64,000 bases of DNA from the NCBI GenBank assembly GCA_947476405.1, contig CANJQG010000003.1, positions 4-64,003 of the forward strand, given 5' to 3'. Positions 63,512-64,000 of this stretch are shown one piece after another. A program made the translations under genes and the position numbers. Every line of letters begins with the position of its first letter. Position 1 is the first letter of the stretch. The notes beneath the pieces are model-generated. The model was not told the origin of the DNA. It did not search any database and saw only the letters and a program-made list of their open reading frames with translations. The stretch is from Thiotrichales bacterium (GTDB lineage Bacteria > Pseudomonadota > Gammaproteobacteria > Francisellales > CACEW01).

Positions 63512-64000
63512 CTAACGCGCCATAATTTCTTTCAAAACAGTTTGCAGAATTCCACCGTTTTTAAAGTAATCCAGCTCAATTTCATTATCCAGACGCGCCA
63601 AGGCTTTAAAAGTCTTAACGGGTCCATTTTGTGACGTAGCCTCAATTAGCAATTCCTGACGTGGCTGAATCGTATTTAAACCTTTAATCGTCAATGTTTC
63701 AGAACCTGTCAGGCCTAAACTTTCACGATTTTCATCGTTGATAAACTGCAAAGGCAATACCCCCATCCCGACTAAATTACTGCGATGAATTCTCTCATAG
63801 CTCTCTGCGATGACAAATTTAACACCTAATAAATAAGTGCCTTTTGCAGCCCAATCGCGTGATGATCCAGTACCATATTCTTTTCCAGCCAGCACATACA
63901 ATGGGACGCCAGCCTCTTTATATTTCATTGCAGCATCATAGATATACATGATTTCATCACTGGGAAAATAGCGAGTAAAGCTACCCTCTTTTCCATCAGC
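63512..64000 (-). CDS. acnA: Aconitate hydratase A, C-terminal part (gene runs off the window)
   Basis: GKEYGTGSSRDWAAKGTYLLGVKFVIAESYERIHRSNLVGMGVLPLQF is the conserved swivel domain. The frame stays open to base 64000. Confidence 0.93.
   Translation of the reverse strand, partial: ADGKEGSFTRYFPSDEIMYIYDAAMKYKEAGVPLYVLAGKEYGTGSSRDWAAKGTYLLGVKFVIAESYERIHRSNLVGMGVLPLQFINDENRESLGLTGSETLTIKGLNTIQPRQELLIEATSQNGPVKTFKALARLDNEIELDYFKNGGILQTVLKEIMAR

Overview
This is a 64-kb chromosomal window from an AT-rich gammaproteobacterium. Gene content and protein signatures look Legionellales-like, but that is inference only.

Left ~20 kb: accessory, mosaic DNA.
- An intact IS21-family element with an 8-bp target duplication.
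- A LuxR-solo gene flanked by outward-facing redox genes (CMD-SDR-AlaDH/PNT operon and an aldo/keto reductase). Each is preceded by the same ATCCG-N9-CGGA dyad.
- A 12-bp minisatellite, phnA/yjdM, and a BRO-N/DinD-like gene.
- A collapsed DUF1016 nuclease relic and a RelE-like/XRE toxin-antitoxin pair.
- An intact IS1202/ISNCY-type element with a 17-bp target duplication.
- Only the 3-prime half of a tRNA-Leu(CAA) gene, abutting a P4-type integrase plus AlpA.
- DNA-repair and accessory genes (tag, ada, alaX-like, cupin, pentapeptide, ABC exporter). Three of them are visibly damaged.
- The segment ends at a tRNA-Ala(GGC)/tRNA-Glu(UUC) pair.

Right ~44 kb: ordinary housekeeping genes. These are terC-family, ribD, dsbB, polA, cydDC, vapBC, yggS, metG, fadL-family, ung, trmJ, uvrB, rlmB, rsmJ, PMM/PGM, dut, prlC, trmB, rpsF-rpsR-rplI, rluC, plsY, lpxL, dcd, apbC, purA, hflKC, kdpAB, asnS, a SPOR protein and the acnA 3-prime end.

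I found no rRNA, no CRISPR array, no reverse transcriptase and no recognisable multi-gene defence system.

The observations most worth follow-up:
1. The half-tRNA/integrase junction, which suggests tandem island accretion.
2. The paired dyads around the LuxR solo.
3. A kdpA-kdpB operon with no kdpC, where a CHMI-family tautomerase gene is joined TAA-ATG to kdpB.
4. The cluster of decayed genes at 15-19.6 kb.
5. The 12-bp minisatellite.

I cannot claim a clear, previously undescribed system from sequence alone. All protein calls rest on motif recognition in the supplied translations, not on database searches.
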